62,231 bases of DNA from Actinomycetes bacterium (GTDB lineage Bacteria; Actinomycetota; Acidimicrobiia; IMCC26256; PALSA-610). Made by a program: the position numbers and the translations under genes. Shown piece by piece: positions 1 to 9,369 of the stretch. Position 1 is the stretch's first letter, and each line of letters begins with the position of its first letter. Where the stretch lies: positions 1 to 62,231 of the forward strand of contig JANNHK010000252.1 of the NCBI GenBank assembly GCA_031404355.1, written 5' to 3'. The notes below the pieces were generated by a model. The model had not been told where the DNA came from, did not search any database, and saw nothing but the letters and a program-made list of their open reading frames with translations.

Positions 1-1269
1 CTGCCGAGCTGGCTCGCGCTGTATTACGACAACCCGATCGAGCTCGTGCGGGGCGAAGGCCGCCACGTGTGGGACGCCGACGGCAACCGCTACCTCGACT
101 TCTTCGGCGGCATCCTCACGACGATCTCCGGTCACTCGATACCCGAGGTTGTCGACGCGCTGCGCGAGCAGGCCGGGCAGATCCTGCACACGTCGACGCT
201 GTACCTGAGTCGGCCCCTCGTCGAACTCGCGGAGAAGCTGTCGGCGCTGTCGGGGATTCCCGACGCCAAGGTGTTCGTCACCACGTCGGGTACCGAGGCC
301 AACGAAGCGGCGCTGCTCGCGGCGACGTCGTACCGGCGCAGCAACCAGATCCTCGCGCTCCGCAACAGCTACCACGGCCGTTCGTTCGGCGCGATTGCGA
401 TCACGGGTAACCGCGCGTGGCGACCCACGAGCATCTCCGGCCTGAACGTGAACTTCGTGCAGGGCGGGTACCGGCTGCGCAGCCCGTACAAGGATCTCGA
501 CGACGGCTCGTACACCGCCGCGTGCGTGCAGGACCTGCACGACGTGATCGACATGGGTACGAGCGGCGACGTCGCGTGCATGATCGCCGAACCGATCCAG
601 GGTGTCGGCGGGTTCGCGGTGCCGCCCGACGGGTTCTTCGGCGCAATGCAGAAGGTGCTCGGCGAGTACGGGATCCTCTTCATCGCCGACGAGGTGCAGA
701 CCGGGTTCGGCCGCACGGGTGACCACTTCTGGGGCTATCAGGCACACGGGTTCGTGCCCGACCTGATGACCATCGCCAAGGGCGTCGGCAACGGCGTGAC
801 GCTCGGCGCGGTGATCGGGCGCGCAGACGTGCTCGACAGTGTGCCCGCCAACAGCATCTCGACTTTCGGTGGCAACCCTCTCTCGTGCGCGGGCGCGCTC
901 GCCAATCTCGACTACCTCGTCGCGCACGACCTCCAGGGCAACGCGCAGCGGCAGGGCTACGTGCTGAAGGACGCGCTGCAACGCATCGCCGACACGCACC
1001 CGTACATCGTCGAGGTGCGCGGTCGCGGGCTCATGCTCGCGATCGAGATGTGCGCGCCCGGTACCGGCGACCGCCCCGGCGGACCCGAACCGTGGCCTGC
1101 GGGCGCGACCGAGTTCATGGAGGCGACCCGCCGGCGCGGGCTGCTGCTCGGCAAGGGCGGCCTTTACGGCAACGTGCTGCGTATCGCGCCGCCGTTGAGC
1201 GTCACCGAGGCGGAGATCGCCGAAGCGATCGAGATCATGAAGGCCGCAGCCGTTGAAGTAACGACGTAG
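1..1269 (+). CDS. class-III PLP-dependent aminotransferase (omega-amino acid / beta-alanine type), 5' end outside window
   Basis: Frame 1 is open from base 1 (LPSWLALYYDNPIELVRGEG precedes the listed Met at 46). Motifs TTSGTEANEAAL, IAEPIQGVGG, DEVQTGFGRTG and TIAKGVGNG (PLP-lysine context) are typical of class-III aminotransferases. Confidence 0.85.
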   Translation: MPSWLALYYDNPIELVRGEGRHVWDADGNRYLDFFGGILTTISGHSIPEVVDALREQAGQILHTSTLYLSRPLVELAEKLSALSGIPDAKVFVTTSGTEANEAALLAATSYRRSNQILALRNSYHGRSFGAIAITGNRAWRPTSISGLNVNFVQGGYRLRSPYKDLDDGSYTAACVQDLHDVIDMGTSGDVACMIAEPIQGVGGFAVPPDGFFGAMQKVLGEYGILFIADEVQTGFGRTGDHFWGYQAHGFVPDLMTIAKGVGNGVTLGAVIGRADVLDSVPANSISTFGGNPLSCAGALANLDYLVAHDLQGNAQRQGYVLKDALQRIADTHPYIVEVRGRGLMLAIEMCAPGTGDRPGGPEPWPAGATEFMEATRRRGLLLGKGGLYGNVLRIAPPLSVTEAEIAEAIEIMKAAAVEVTT

Positions 1270-1278
1270 GAGGTCCGG

Positions 1279-2691
1279 GTGACCACGTTCATCACCAACG
1301 GCACGGTTGTCAGCGCGACCGGTGCGACGCCCGCCGACGTGCTCTGCGACGGCGAACGCATCGCCGCGCTCATCGAGCCCGGTTCGTCGGCACTCGGGTC
1401 GAACCTCGCGGCGACCGCCGACACCGTGATCGACGCGACGGGGAAGTACGTGATCCCCGGCGGCATCGACTCCCACACGCACATGGAGTTGCCGTTCGGG
1501 GGCACATCGGCGTCGGACACGTTCGAGACCGGCACCCGCGCGGCCGCGTGGGGTGGTACCACCACGATCGTCGACTTCGCCGTGCAGCGCACCGGCGAAC
1601 GCGTGCAGGACTCACTCGCCGAGTGGCACCGCAAGGCCGACGGCCAGTGCGCGATCGACTACGCGTTCCACCAGATCATCGGCGGCGTCGACGACGAGTC
1701 GTTGAAGGCGATGGACGAGCTCTGCGCCGAAGGCATCACCAGCTTCAAGCTGTTCATGGCCTACCCCGGCGTCTTCTACTCGGACGACGGCCAGATCCTG
1801 CGGGCCATGCAGACCGCGTCCGACAACGGCTCGATGATCATGATGCACGCCGAGAACGGCATCGCCATCGACGTGCTCGTCGCGCAGGCACTCGCTCGCG
1901 GCGACACCGACCCGAGGTTCCACAGCCTGACGCGCCCGTGGGAGACCGAAGCGGAAGCGACGCACCGGGCGATCATGCTGGCTCGACTCGCGAAGGCACC
2001 GCTGTACATCGTGCACATGTCGGCCAAGCAAGCCGTGTCGGCGGTCGCGCAGGCGCGCGACGAAGGCTGGAACGTGTTCGGCGAGACGTGCCCGCAGTAC
2101 CTGTACCTCTCGCTCGAGGAGCACCTCGGCGCGCCGGGGTTCGAGGGCGCCAAGTACGTGTGCTCCACGCCGCTGCGGTCGCGTGAAGAGGGCCACCAGG
2201 ACGAACTCTGGCGCTACCTGCGCACCGACGACCTGTCGGTGGTGAGCACCGACCACTGCCCGTTCTGCTTCAAGGAGCAGAAGGAACTCGGCCTCGGAAA
2301 CTTCTCCGCGATCCCGAACGGCATCGGCGGTGTCGAGCACCGCATGGACCTCATCTACCAAGGGGTCGTCGACGGCCACATCTCCCTGCCGCGCTGGGTC
2401 GAACTGTGCTCGACGACGCCGGCGCGCATGTTCGGGCTGTCGCGCAAGGGCGTGATCGCGCCGGGCGCCGATGCCGACATCGTCGTGTACGACCCGAACG
2501 CGACCACGACCATCAGCGTGAACTCGCACCACATGAACATGGACTACTCGGCGTACGAGGGCACACGGATCCAGGGCAAGGTCGACACGGTGCTCTCGCG
2601 CGGCACAGTCGTCGTGCAGCACGACGCCTACGTCGGCAAGAAGGGCCACGGCCAGTACGTGCGCCGCGGACAAAGCGAGTACTTGAGGTGA
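1279..2691 (+). CDS. dihydropyrimidinase / D-hydantoinase (cyclic amidohydrolase)
   Basis: 470-aa ORF with the metal-binding DSHTHMELPF (HxH), the carboxylated-lysine context SFKLFMAYPG, MMHAENG and STDHCPF. Length and motif order fit dihydropyrimidinase. Confidence 0.9.
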   Translation: MTTFITNGTVVSATGATPADVLCDGERIAALIEPGSSALGSNLAATADTVIDATGKYVIPGGIDSHTHMELPFGGTSASDTFETGTRAAAWGGTTTIVDFAVQRTGERVQDSLAEWHRKADGQCAIDYAFHQIIGGVDDESLKAMDELCAEGITSFKLFMAYPGVFYSDDGQILRAMQTASDNGSMIMMHAENGIAIDVLVAQALARGDTDPRFHSLTRPWETEAEATHRAIMLARLAKAPLYIVHMSAKQAVSAVAQARDEGWNVFGETCPQYLYLSLEEHLGAPGFEGAKYVCSTPLRSREEGHQDELWRYLRTDDLSVVSTDHCPFCFKEQKELGLGNFSAIPNGIGGVEHRMDLIYQGVVDGHISLPRWVELCSTTPARMFGLSRKGVIAPGADADIVVYDPNATTTISVNSHHMNMDYSAYEGTRIQGKVDTVLSRGTVVVQHDAYVGKKGHGQYVRRGQSEYLR

Positions 2692-2695
2692 GGTC

Positions 2696-4183
2696 GTGAA
2701 GAACATCGAGCACTGGATCGGCGGGAAGCGGGTTCCGTCGACGTCGGGACGGAGTGGCCCCGTCTACGACCCGGCGACCGGCGAGCAGCAGGCCGAGGTC
2801 GGGTTCGCGAGCGCGGCCGAGGTCGACGATGGCGTCGCGTCGGCGGCCGCAGCGTTCCCCGCGTGGCGCCGGGCGAGTCTGTCGCGCCGCACCGAAGTGC
2901 TGTTCCGGTTCCGGCACCTGCTCGACGCGCACCGGGCCGAGATCGCGGCCGTCGTGTCGTCGGAACACGGCAAGGTGCGCGCCGACGCCGCGGGCGAACT
3001 CGCTCGCGGCATCGAGAACGTCGAATTTGCGTGCGGCGTGCCCGCGCTGCTCAAGGGCGGCTTCACCGAACAGGCCGCGACCGACGTCGACGTGCACTCC
3101 GTGCGCCAGCCGCTCGGAGTCGTCGCGGGCATCACGCCGTTCAACTTCCCCTCCATGGTGCCGCTCTGGATGCTGACCACCGCAATCGCGTGCGGCAACT
3201 GCTTCGTACTCAAGCCCAGTGAGAAGGACCCGTCGGCCGCGCTGCTGCTCGCCGAGTTGCTGGCCGAGGCGGGGTTGCCCGACGGTGTGTGCAACGTCGT
3301 GCAGGGCGACAGGGTTGCCGTCGACCGCCTGCTCGAACACCCCGATGTCGCCGCAATCAGCTTCGTCGGCTCCACACCGATCGCGCGCTACATCTACGAG
3401 ACCGGCACGGCGCACGGCAAGCGGGTGCAAGCACTCGGTGGCGCCAAGAACCACATGGTCGTGCTGCCCGACGCCGACATCGACATGGCCGCCGACGCCG
3501 CGGTGTCGGCCGCGTACGGCTCGGCGGGCGAACGGTGCATGGCCATCTCCGTTGTGGTGGCGGTGGGCGACGTCGCCGACCCGCTCGTCGACGCGATCTC
3601 GCGACGGTTGCCGGCGCTGCGCATCGGACCCGGCACCGACCCGGCCGCCGAGATGGGTCCGCTCATCACGCGCGAGCACCGTGACAAGGTCGCGTCCTAC
3701 CTCGAAACCGCCGCCGCTGACGGTGCGACCGTGGTTGTCGACGGCCGTGAGCGCACCTTCGACGGCGACGGCTTCTTCCTGGGCGTGTCGCTCGTCGACG
3801 GTGTGAAGCCGGGCATGAAGGTGTACGACGACGAAATCTTCGGTCCCGTGCTCGCGGTCGTGCGGGCCGACACGTACGAAGAAGCGCTCGGGCTCGTGAA
3901 CGACAACCCGTACGGCAACGGCTGCGCCATCTTCACGCGCGACGGCGGCGCGGCCCGGCAGTTCGAGTTCGACGTGATCTGTGGCATGGTCGGCGTGAAC
4001 GTGCCGATCCCCGTGCCCGTTTCGTACTACAGCTTCGGCGGGTGGAAGGCGTCACTGTTCGGCGACACCGCGATGTACGGCCCGGCCGGCATCGACTTCT
4101 ACACGCGCACCAAGGTCGTCACCACGCGCTGGCCCGACCCGTCGACCTCGTCGGTCGACCTCGGGTTCCCGCGCACTCGCTGA
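2696..4183 (+). CDS. mmsA: CoA-acylating methylmalonate/malonate-semialdehyde dehydrogenase
   Basis: 495-aa aldehyde dehydrogenase: N-terminus MKNIEHWIGGK, FNFPSMVPLWM, VLKPSEKDP, catalytic Cys context GERCMAIS, and the typical C-terminal tail WPDPSTSSVDLGFPRTR. Confidence 0.88.
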   Translation: MKNIEHWIGGKRVPSTSGRSGPVYDPATGEQQAEVGFASAAEVDDGVASAAAAFPAWRRASLSRRTEVLFRFRHLLDAHRAEIAAVVSSEHGKVRADAAGELARGIENVEFACGVPALLKGGFTEQAATDVDVHSVRQPLGVVAGITPFNFPSMVPLWMLTTAIACGNCFVLKPSEKDPSAALLLAELLAEAGLPDGVCNVVQGDRVAVDRLLEHPDVAAISFVGSTPIARYIYETGTAHGKRVQALGGAKNHMVVLPDADIDMAADAAVSAAYGSAGERCMAISVVVAVGDVADPLVDAISRRLPALRIGPGTDPAAEMGPLITREHRDKVASYLETAAADGATVVVDGRERTFDGDGFFLGVSLVDGVKPGMKVYDDEIFGPVLAVVRADTYEEALGLVNDNPYGNGCAIFTRDGGAARQFEFDVICGMVGVNVPIPVPVSYYSFGGWKASLFGDTAMYGPAGIDFYTRTKVVTTRWPDPSTSSVDLGFPRTR

Positions 4184-4191
4184 GGAGACAG

Positions 4192-5211
4192 ATGGACTTC
4201 GGAGTCGTGCTCCAGACGAACCCGCCGGCGTGGCGCGTGGTCGAGCTCGCCAAGCAGGCCGAGCTGCTCGGGTTCTCGCACGCGTGGACGTTCGATTCGC
4301 ACCTGCTCTGGCAGGAACCGTTCGTGATCTACAGCCAGATGCTGTCGGCGACCCACAAGATCGTAGTCGGCCCGATGGTCACCAACCCGGCGACGCGCGA
4401 CTGGACCGTGACCGCGTCGCTGTTCGCCACGCTGAACGAGATGTTCGGCAACCGCACCATCTGCGGGATCGGGCGGGGCGACTCGGCCGTGCGGGTCACC
4501 AACGGCAAACCGACGACGCTGCAAACGCTGCGCGAGGCGATCGGTGTCATCCGCGGTCTCGCCAACGGGCAAGAGGTGCTCTACAAGGGCAGCCGGCTGC
4601 GCTTCCCGTGGAACACGGACAGCCGGCTCGACATCTGGGTCGCCGCCTACGGCCCGAAGGCGCTCGCCCTCACCGGCGAAGTCGGCGACGGGTTCATCCT
4701 GCAACTCGCCGACCCCGACATCGTCGCGTGGAGCATCGCCGCAGTGCGCGGCGCGGCCGAGCGCGCCGGTCGCGACCCCGCGTCGGTGAAGATCTGCGTG
4801 GCCGCGCCCGCGTACGTCGGCGACGATGTCGCGCACCAGCGCGACCAGTGCCGCTGGTTCGGCGGCATGGTCGGCAACCACGTCGCCGACATCGTCGCCC
4901 GCTACGGCGCCGACGGCGCCGACGTTCCGGCCGCGCTCACCGACTACGTCGCGGGCCGCGAGGACTACGACTACAACCAGCACGGCCGCGCCGGCAACAC
5001 GCACGCCGACTTCGTGCCCGACGCAATCATTGGCCGCTTCTGCCTGTTCGGCCGGCCGGAAGTTCACGTCGAACGACTGCTGGAGTTGAAGGCACTCGGC
5101 GTCGACCAGTTCGCGATCTACCTGCAACACGACGCGAAGGAAGCCACGCTCCAGGCCTACGGCGAGTCGATCATCCCCGCCGTTGCCGACACCGTGATCG
5201 CCAAGAGCTGA
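4192..5211 (+). CDS. LLM-class (luciferase-like) flavin/F420-dependent oxidoreductase
   Basis: The listed ORF starts at 4042, overlapping mmsA. An in-frame ATG at 4192 follows GAGGAGACAG and gives MDFGVVLQTNPP..., a typical LLM N-terminus. TIM-barrel LLM pattern: HAWTFDSHLLWQEP, GIGRGDSAV, WVAAYGPKAL. Confidence 0.8.
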   Translation: MDFGVVLQTNPPAWRVVELAKQAELLGFSHAWTFDSHLLWQEPFVIYSQMLSATHKIVVGPMVTNPATRDWTVTASLFATLNEMFGNRTICGIGRGDSAVRVTNGKPTTLQTLREAIGVIRGLANGQEVLYKGSRLRFPWNTDSRLDIWVAAYGPKALALTGEVGDGFILQLADPDIVAWSIAAVRGAAERAGRDPASVKICVAAPAYVGDDVAHQRDQCRWFGGMVGNHVADIVARYGADGADVPAALTDYVAGREDYDYNQHGRAGNTHADFVPDAIIGRFCLFGRPEVHVERLLELKALGVDQFAIYLQHDAKEATLQAYGESIIPAVADTVIAKS

Positions 5212-5221
5212 ACGCTCGCGG

Positions 5222-6649
5222 TTACCGACGGGCGCGGTGGATGGGTGTGCGGCCCGGTTCGCGGGCGATGAGGAAGACGCCGAGCGCCATGAGCGCGGCC
5301 GCGAGCGTCGCCAGCACGAGGAACGGACCACCGGTAACCGGCAGGGAGCCCGAACTCGAACTCGTCGTCGCGGTGGTCGCGGCCGGACGCACGGTCGTGG
5401 GCGTGGTCGCGGAAGGCGCCACGGTCGTGGTCACCGCTTGACCCGAGCCCACCGCGGTTGTCGTCGGCGCGGGGCTTGACGTGGTGGTCGCTGCCGCGGG
5501 CACGGTGCTGGTCGACGTCGACGGGGCCGGCACCGTCGTCGCCGTCGAGATCGTCGTGGTGGTCGTCGGCGGCACGGTCGACGTCGACGTGCTCGTTGTC
5601 GAGGTCGACGTGGACGTCGTGGTCGAGGTCGTCGGGGGTGCGGTCGTCGTCGACGTGGAGGTCGATGTCGTAGTTGTCGGCGCCACGGTCGTCGTCGATG
5701 TCGAGGTCGATGTCGTAGTTGTCGGCGGCACGGTCGTCGTCGATGTCGAGGTCGAGGTCGAGGTCGAGGTAGATGTCGTAGTTGTCGGCGGCACGGTCGT
5801 CGTCGATGTCGAGGTCGAGGTGGACGTCGACGTCGAGGTGGACGTCGTTGTCAGCGGCACGGTTGTCGTCGACGTCGAGGTGGACGTCGTTGTCGGCGGC
5901 ACGGTTGTCGTCGACGTCGAGGTGGACGTGGTCGTCGGCGGCACCGTCGTCGTCGTAGTCGGCGCCACCGTCGTGGTCGTCGACGGCGGGTCGGTCGTCG
6001 GCGGCGGATCGAACTCGACGTCCATGACCAGCTCGAGTTCGGCCGCGGTGATCGGGAGGTCTCCGAACTCTGCGTTCAGGTCGGCGATGGTCGCGGCGTC
6101 CCCGCACCCCGGAGCCGCGGCCGGGATCGCGGGGATCCCGCTGCCGCTATGCAGGAGCGAGGCCGAACCGAAATCCTCGTCGTACTCGCCGTCGACGACT
6201 TCGTCGAGGTTCAGCGTGAACGGACCGACCACACAGTTCGTGAGGACACCCGCGTCGCCGCCGGTCGACGTGAGCACCAACTGCATTTGGCCGTTGAGCG
6301 CCAGGTTCCCGGTCTGCGGGTTGACGTTACCGGTCAGATCCTGGGTCATCTGCGGTTGGATGGTGGCGTCGACGATGCCGAATGGCGGGATCGCGAAGAA
6401 CGTGTCCTCGGGGGTGAAGGCGAAGTTGCCGGCCGGAAAGTCGAGGGCTCCGGTCCCCGCCACCGTTCCCGCGGCCGGCGTGTCGAGCGCGAGGAACACC
6501 CCGAACGACGGCGTGTCGAGCGAACCGAATATGTCGATCGTGAGCGCGCCCGGGTTTCCTACGCTCGCCGATGACGGCAGCGGCGAGAACAGGCTGACGA
6601 AGGCCAGCGCGCTCACGACAGCTGCGACCGCGACCACACGCCGTCCCAT
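5222..6649 (-). CDS. secreted cell-wall-anchored surface protein: signal peptide, about 200-aa globular domain, long Thr/Ser/Pro stalk, LPVTG sortase motif, TM helix and basic tail
   Basis: ATG at 6649 gives the signal peptide MGRRVVAVAAVVSALAFVSLFSPLPSSASVG (an upstream GTG at 6679 is also possible). The C-terminus is SLPVTGG + hydrophobic helix + REPGRTPIHRARR; the LPVTG codons are at 5330..5344. Confidence 0.8.
   Translation of the reverse strand: MGRRVVAVAAVVSALAFVSLFSPLPSSASVGNPGALTIDIFGSLDTPSFGVFLALDTPAAGTVAGTGALDFPAGNFAFTPEDTFFAIPPFGIVDATIQPQMTQDLTGNVNPQTGNLALNGQMQLVLTSTGGDAGVLTNCVVGPFTLNLDEVVDGEYDEDFGSASLLHSGSGIPAIPAAAPGCGDAATIADLNAEFGDLPITAAELELVMDVEFDPPPTTDPPSTTTTVAPTTTTTVPPTTTSTSTSTTTVPPTTTSTSTSTTTVPLTTTSTSTSTSTSTSTSTTTVPPTTTTSTSTSTSTSTSTTTVPPTTTTSTSTSTTTVAPTTTTSTSTSTTTAPPTTSTTTSTSTSTTSTSTSTVPPTTTTTISTATTVPAPSTSTSTVPAAATTTSSPAPTTTAVGSGQAVTTTVAPSATTPTTVRPAATTATTSSSSGSLPVTGGPFLVLATLAAALMALGVFLIAREPGRTPIHRARR
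5560..5950 (-). repeat. in-frame imperfect tandem repeats encoding (TTVPPTTT)(ST)n units of the surface-protein stalk
   Basis: On the plus strand, units such as gtcgtcgtcgatgtcgaggtcgatgtcgtagttgtcggcg recur many times. The wider low-complexity Thr/Ser/Pro tract spans about 5345..6010. Confidence 0.85.
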
Positions 6650-6791
6650 ACGAATGCCCCCCAGGACCGCAGCCCCCACGGCCTGCGCACGGCGGAGCGT
6701 ACGACAAGCCCGTGACCAGGGTCAACACCGCCCGCATCCGAACGACCGCGGGCGGTGCCTGCGGGCGACCGCGCCTGCCAGACTCCCTCTC

Positions 6792-7148
6792 GTGCATCGC
6801 CGCTCCGTCCAAGGCCTGACCGCGCTACTCGCCACCTTGGGCGCGCTGCATTTCGTCGCCCCCCGGCCGTTCGACGAGATCGTTCCCACCTGGGTCCCGG
6901 GCTCGCCCCGTATGTGGACGTATGCGAGCGGGGTGGCGGAACTGGTGTCGGCTGCGTTGCTGGCGCGGCCGGCGACTCGGCGGGCCGGCGGCTACGCGGC
7001 CGCCTTCACGCTGCTCGCCGTGTACCCGGCGAATGTGCAGATGGCGATCGACAACCCGCCCCGCGATGGCAAGGGCTTCGCGCTTTGGGCGCGCTTGCCC
7101 CTCCAACTCCCGATGGTGTTCACGGCCGTCCGGGCGGCTCGCACCTGA
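6792..7148 (+). CDS. small DoxX-like integral membrane protein
   Basis: This is the last 118 codons of the 5481..7148 ORF. An in-frame GTG at 6792 gives VHRRSVQGLTALLATLGALHFVAPRPFDEIVP...VYPANVQMA..., resembling DoxX-family membrane proteins. The upstream part of that ORF is antisense to the surface-protein gene. Confidence 0.6.
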   Translation: MHRRSVQGLTALLATLGALHFVAPRPFDEIVPTWVPGSPRMWTYASGVAELVSAALLARPATRRAGGYAAAFTLLAVYPANVQMAIDNPPRDGKGFALWARLPLQLPMVFTAVRAART

Positions 7149-7237
7149 GCCCGGTATCTCTCGGATCCGCGGGCGGCTCCGTGGACCCCGGTGATGACGA
7201 AATCGAGACGACTCCCCAGAACGGGCCTTGCGCGCTC

Positions 7238-9286
7238 CTACTCCTCGGCGTCGATCTTGTCTGCGGCCTGCACCAACTCGTACGCCTCGTCGGTGAACGG
7301 CAGCACGAACGAGGCCTGCGCGGCCGCTTCGCGCGCGCCGTCGGCGTCGCCCAACGCGACACGGATGCGGCCGAGCGTGATCCACGCGTCGAACCGCCTC
7401 GGTTGCAGCTCGAGCAACGCTTCGTATTCGGACTCGGCCCGCGCCCGTGCGTCGTCGGCGCCGGCGTTCGCCCACGCGTTGAGCACCTGGCCGTGCAACT
7501 CACGGAGTTCCCAGTCGTGCGGATCAAGCTGCACCGCTTCGGTAAGCGCCGCGTCGGCGTCGCCCAGCGCCGAAGCGTCGACCTCACGGGAGCGTTGGAC
7601 GTGCACGCGCGCGAGGTCGACGAGGAACGGCACGTACCCGGGCTGACGATCGAGCGCCTCGGTGTACCGGTCGATCGCGACGTTGTAGAGGCGCTTCTTC
7701 TCGGCACGATCGTCGGTCGCCACCGCGAGCCGCTCCGCGGCAAAGCCGGCCGCGCGCCGGTACGCGGCTTCGAAGGGGTGCAACCCGACTGCGGCGTCGT
7801 ACCCATCGAGGGCGGTGGCCAGGTCACCGTCGCGGTCGTCGTTTTCGGCGAAGTGGAGTCGCGTGTCGGCGCCGAGCGGCACCAGCAGCAACACGGAGAC
7901 ACCGCCGGCGACGAACAACGGGACCCGGGAGCGAGAAGGTTGTTTCTCGGCCCGTTTGCGGGCGACCGCTGCGGTGCGATCCTCGACAAGTGCCGGATCG
8001 GCGAGCGCGACCAGGCCACCGACGAGCACCCACCCGACGAACGCGAGAGGCGGCACGTCGATCGTGAAGAGCGCTTGCGTCAGATACGCCGTGAGGCCGC
8101 CAATGAACGCGAGCAGTGTCGCGACTTCGGCCGCAGGCGCGCTTCGCACCCGCCGCGCGCCGTGCCCCAGCGCCATCCCGACGACCACGAGGTACGCACC
8201 GAAACCGACGATGCCCGTGGCGCCGGCCCGTTCGAGAAACACGTTGTGGGGCTTGTCCGAAAGCTGCGTTCCGAGCGTCGCGCCGTCCTCGGCAGTGCGG
8301 AACTGCGGGTAGACAATCGCGAACGTGTCCGGGCCATGCCCGAGCAGCGGCCGGTCGGCGAACGACGCCACCGCGGCTTCCCACTCGAACGCGCGCACGC
8401 GGGCGCTTTCGCTGCGCAGCAGTTCGAGGTCGTCACCGGGAACGTCACGCGCGCCGGTCGCGACCACTCCCACCGCGACGACCACCAACGCTGCTGCTGC
8501 CACGGCGCCGGCGATCGTGAGCGGCCGTGACCACCGCGGCAACCGATCGCGCCCTAGGAACGCCGCGACGGCCAGCCCGGCCGCGGCCGCGACGATGCCG
8601 CCCCGGCTCGACGTCGCCCACAAGCCGGCGAACACTGCGACGGCGCCGACGAGGCCCGCGACTCGCAACCGGCGTTCGCGTGTGGTGACGCAGGACGCCG
8701 CGACGAACGGCAGGCCAATGGCCAGGAACCCGCCCGCGAAGTTGGAGTTTCCCAAGGTGCTTCCCGGGAACCGCACTTTGCCACCCGACGCCTCCCGAAA
8801 GTCGAACGCGTCGAGACCCGCGCGCTGGAACAACCCGTACACCGCCACGACGACCGCGACGGCACCGAGGGCGCGGCCGAGGGCGTCGAGCCGGTCGGGA
8901 CGATCCCAGGTCGTGACGACCACCAGCGCGGCGAACGAGACAAACACGACGAGGGGGGCGAGTCCGCCGTAGCGCTGGTATACACCGACGAGCGACAAGC
9001 GGGGCGCAACCGAGAACGCAGTAGCGAGCGCGGTCGCGACGAGCAACACCGCCACCGGAATCGCGACGCGTGGTGCCCTCGGGAGTGAACGACCGAGCGT
9101 GCACCACGCGGCCCACCCGACCAGAATTGCGGCCGTCGCCACGAGCACCTTGGCGAGCATGAAGATGTCGGCCGCGAAGGGGACGAAGACGAGCGGCACC
9201 GCGACCACGCCGACGAGCACCGCCATCCAGGCGATGTCGTCCGCCGGCTTCGGGTCCGGCTGTTTCTGCTTCGCGACTCGGCTCAC
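7238..9286 (-). CDS. Wzy_C / O-antigen-ligase-family polytopic membrane protein with C-terminal TPR domain
   Basis: 682 aa with about 10-12 predicted TM helices. It has the Wzy_C-type periplasmic loop (ATSSRGG ... LLGHGPDTF ... DKPHNVFLE), one further TM helix, then about 200 aa of TPR-like repeats. Confidence 0.75.
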   Translation of the reverse strand: MSRVAKQKQPDPKPADDIAWMAVLVGVVAVPLVFVPFAADIFMLAKVLVATAAILVGWAAWCTLGRSLPRAPRVAIPVAVLLVATALATAFSVAPRLSLVGVYQRYGGLAPLVVFVSFAALVVVTTWDRPDRLDALGRALGAVAVVVAVYGLFQRAGLDAFDFREASGGKVRFPGSTLGNSNFAGGFLAIGLPFVAASCVTTRERRLRVAGLVGAVAVFAGLWATSSRGGIVAAAAGLAVAAFLGRDRLPRWSRPLTIAGAVAAAALVVVAVGVVATGARDVPGDDLELLRSESARVRAFEWEAAVASFADRPLLGHGPDTFAIVYPQFRTAEDGATLGTQLSDKPHNVFLERAGATGIVGFGAYLVVVGMALGHGARRVRSAPAAEVATLLAFIGGLTAYLTQALFTIDVPPLAFVGWVLVGGLVALADPALVEDRTAAVARKRAEKQPSRSRVPLFVAGGVSVLLLVPLGADTRLHFAENDDRDGDLATALDGYDAAVGLHPFEAAYRRAAGFAAERLAVATDDRAEKKRLYNVAIDRYTEALDRQPGYVPFLVDLARVHVQRSREVDASALGDADAALTEAVQLDPHDWELRELHGQVLNAWANAGADDARARAESEYEALLELQPRRFDAWITLGRIRVALGDADGAREAAAQASFVLPFTDEAYELVQAADKIDAEE

Positions 9287-9369
9287 ACGACTCCCCGTCG
9301 CGCCGAGTCATGCCCGCCCGGCTCCCTGCCAGTATCGCGGGCCCGGCGTCCTGTGCTAAAGCAGCTGTC

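Noticed and set aside
4042-4191. A 50-codon N-terminal extension of the LLM oxidoreductase ORF.
   Set aside because: It overlaps the 3' end of mmsA and translates to Arg/His-rich sequence. The internal ATG at 4192 has a GAGGAG ribosome-binding site and gives a family-typical N-terminus.
5560-5950. A regular short tandem repeat array that could at first glance be taken for a CRISPR or minisatellite.
   Set aside because: The repeats are contiguous with no unique spacers, are multiples of 3 nt, and lie in frame within a coding sequence. No cas genes are nearby.
5481-6791. A 555-aa plus-strand ORF (5481..7148) made almost entirely of Val/Asp/Glu/Gly repeats.
   Set aside because: It is the antisense shadow of the Thr/Ser codons (ACG/TCG read as CGT/CGA, and so on) of the minus-strand LPXTG gene. 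That gene has a signal peptide, a sorting motif and a sensible domain layout. Only the last 118 codons (6792..7148) are kept as a separate gene.
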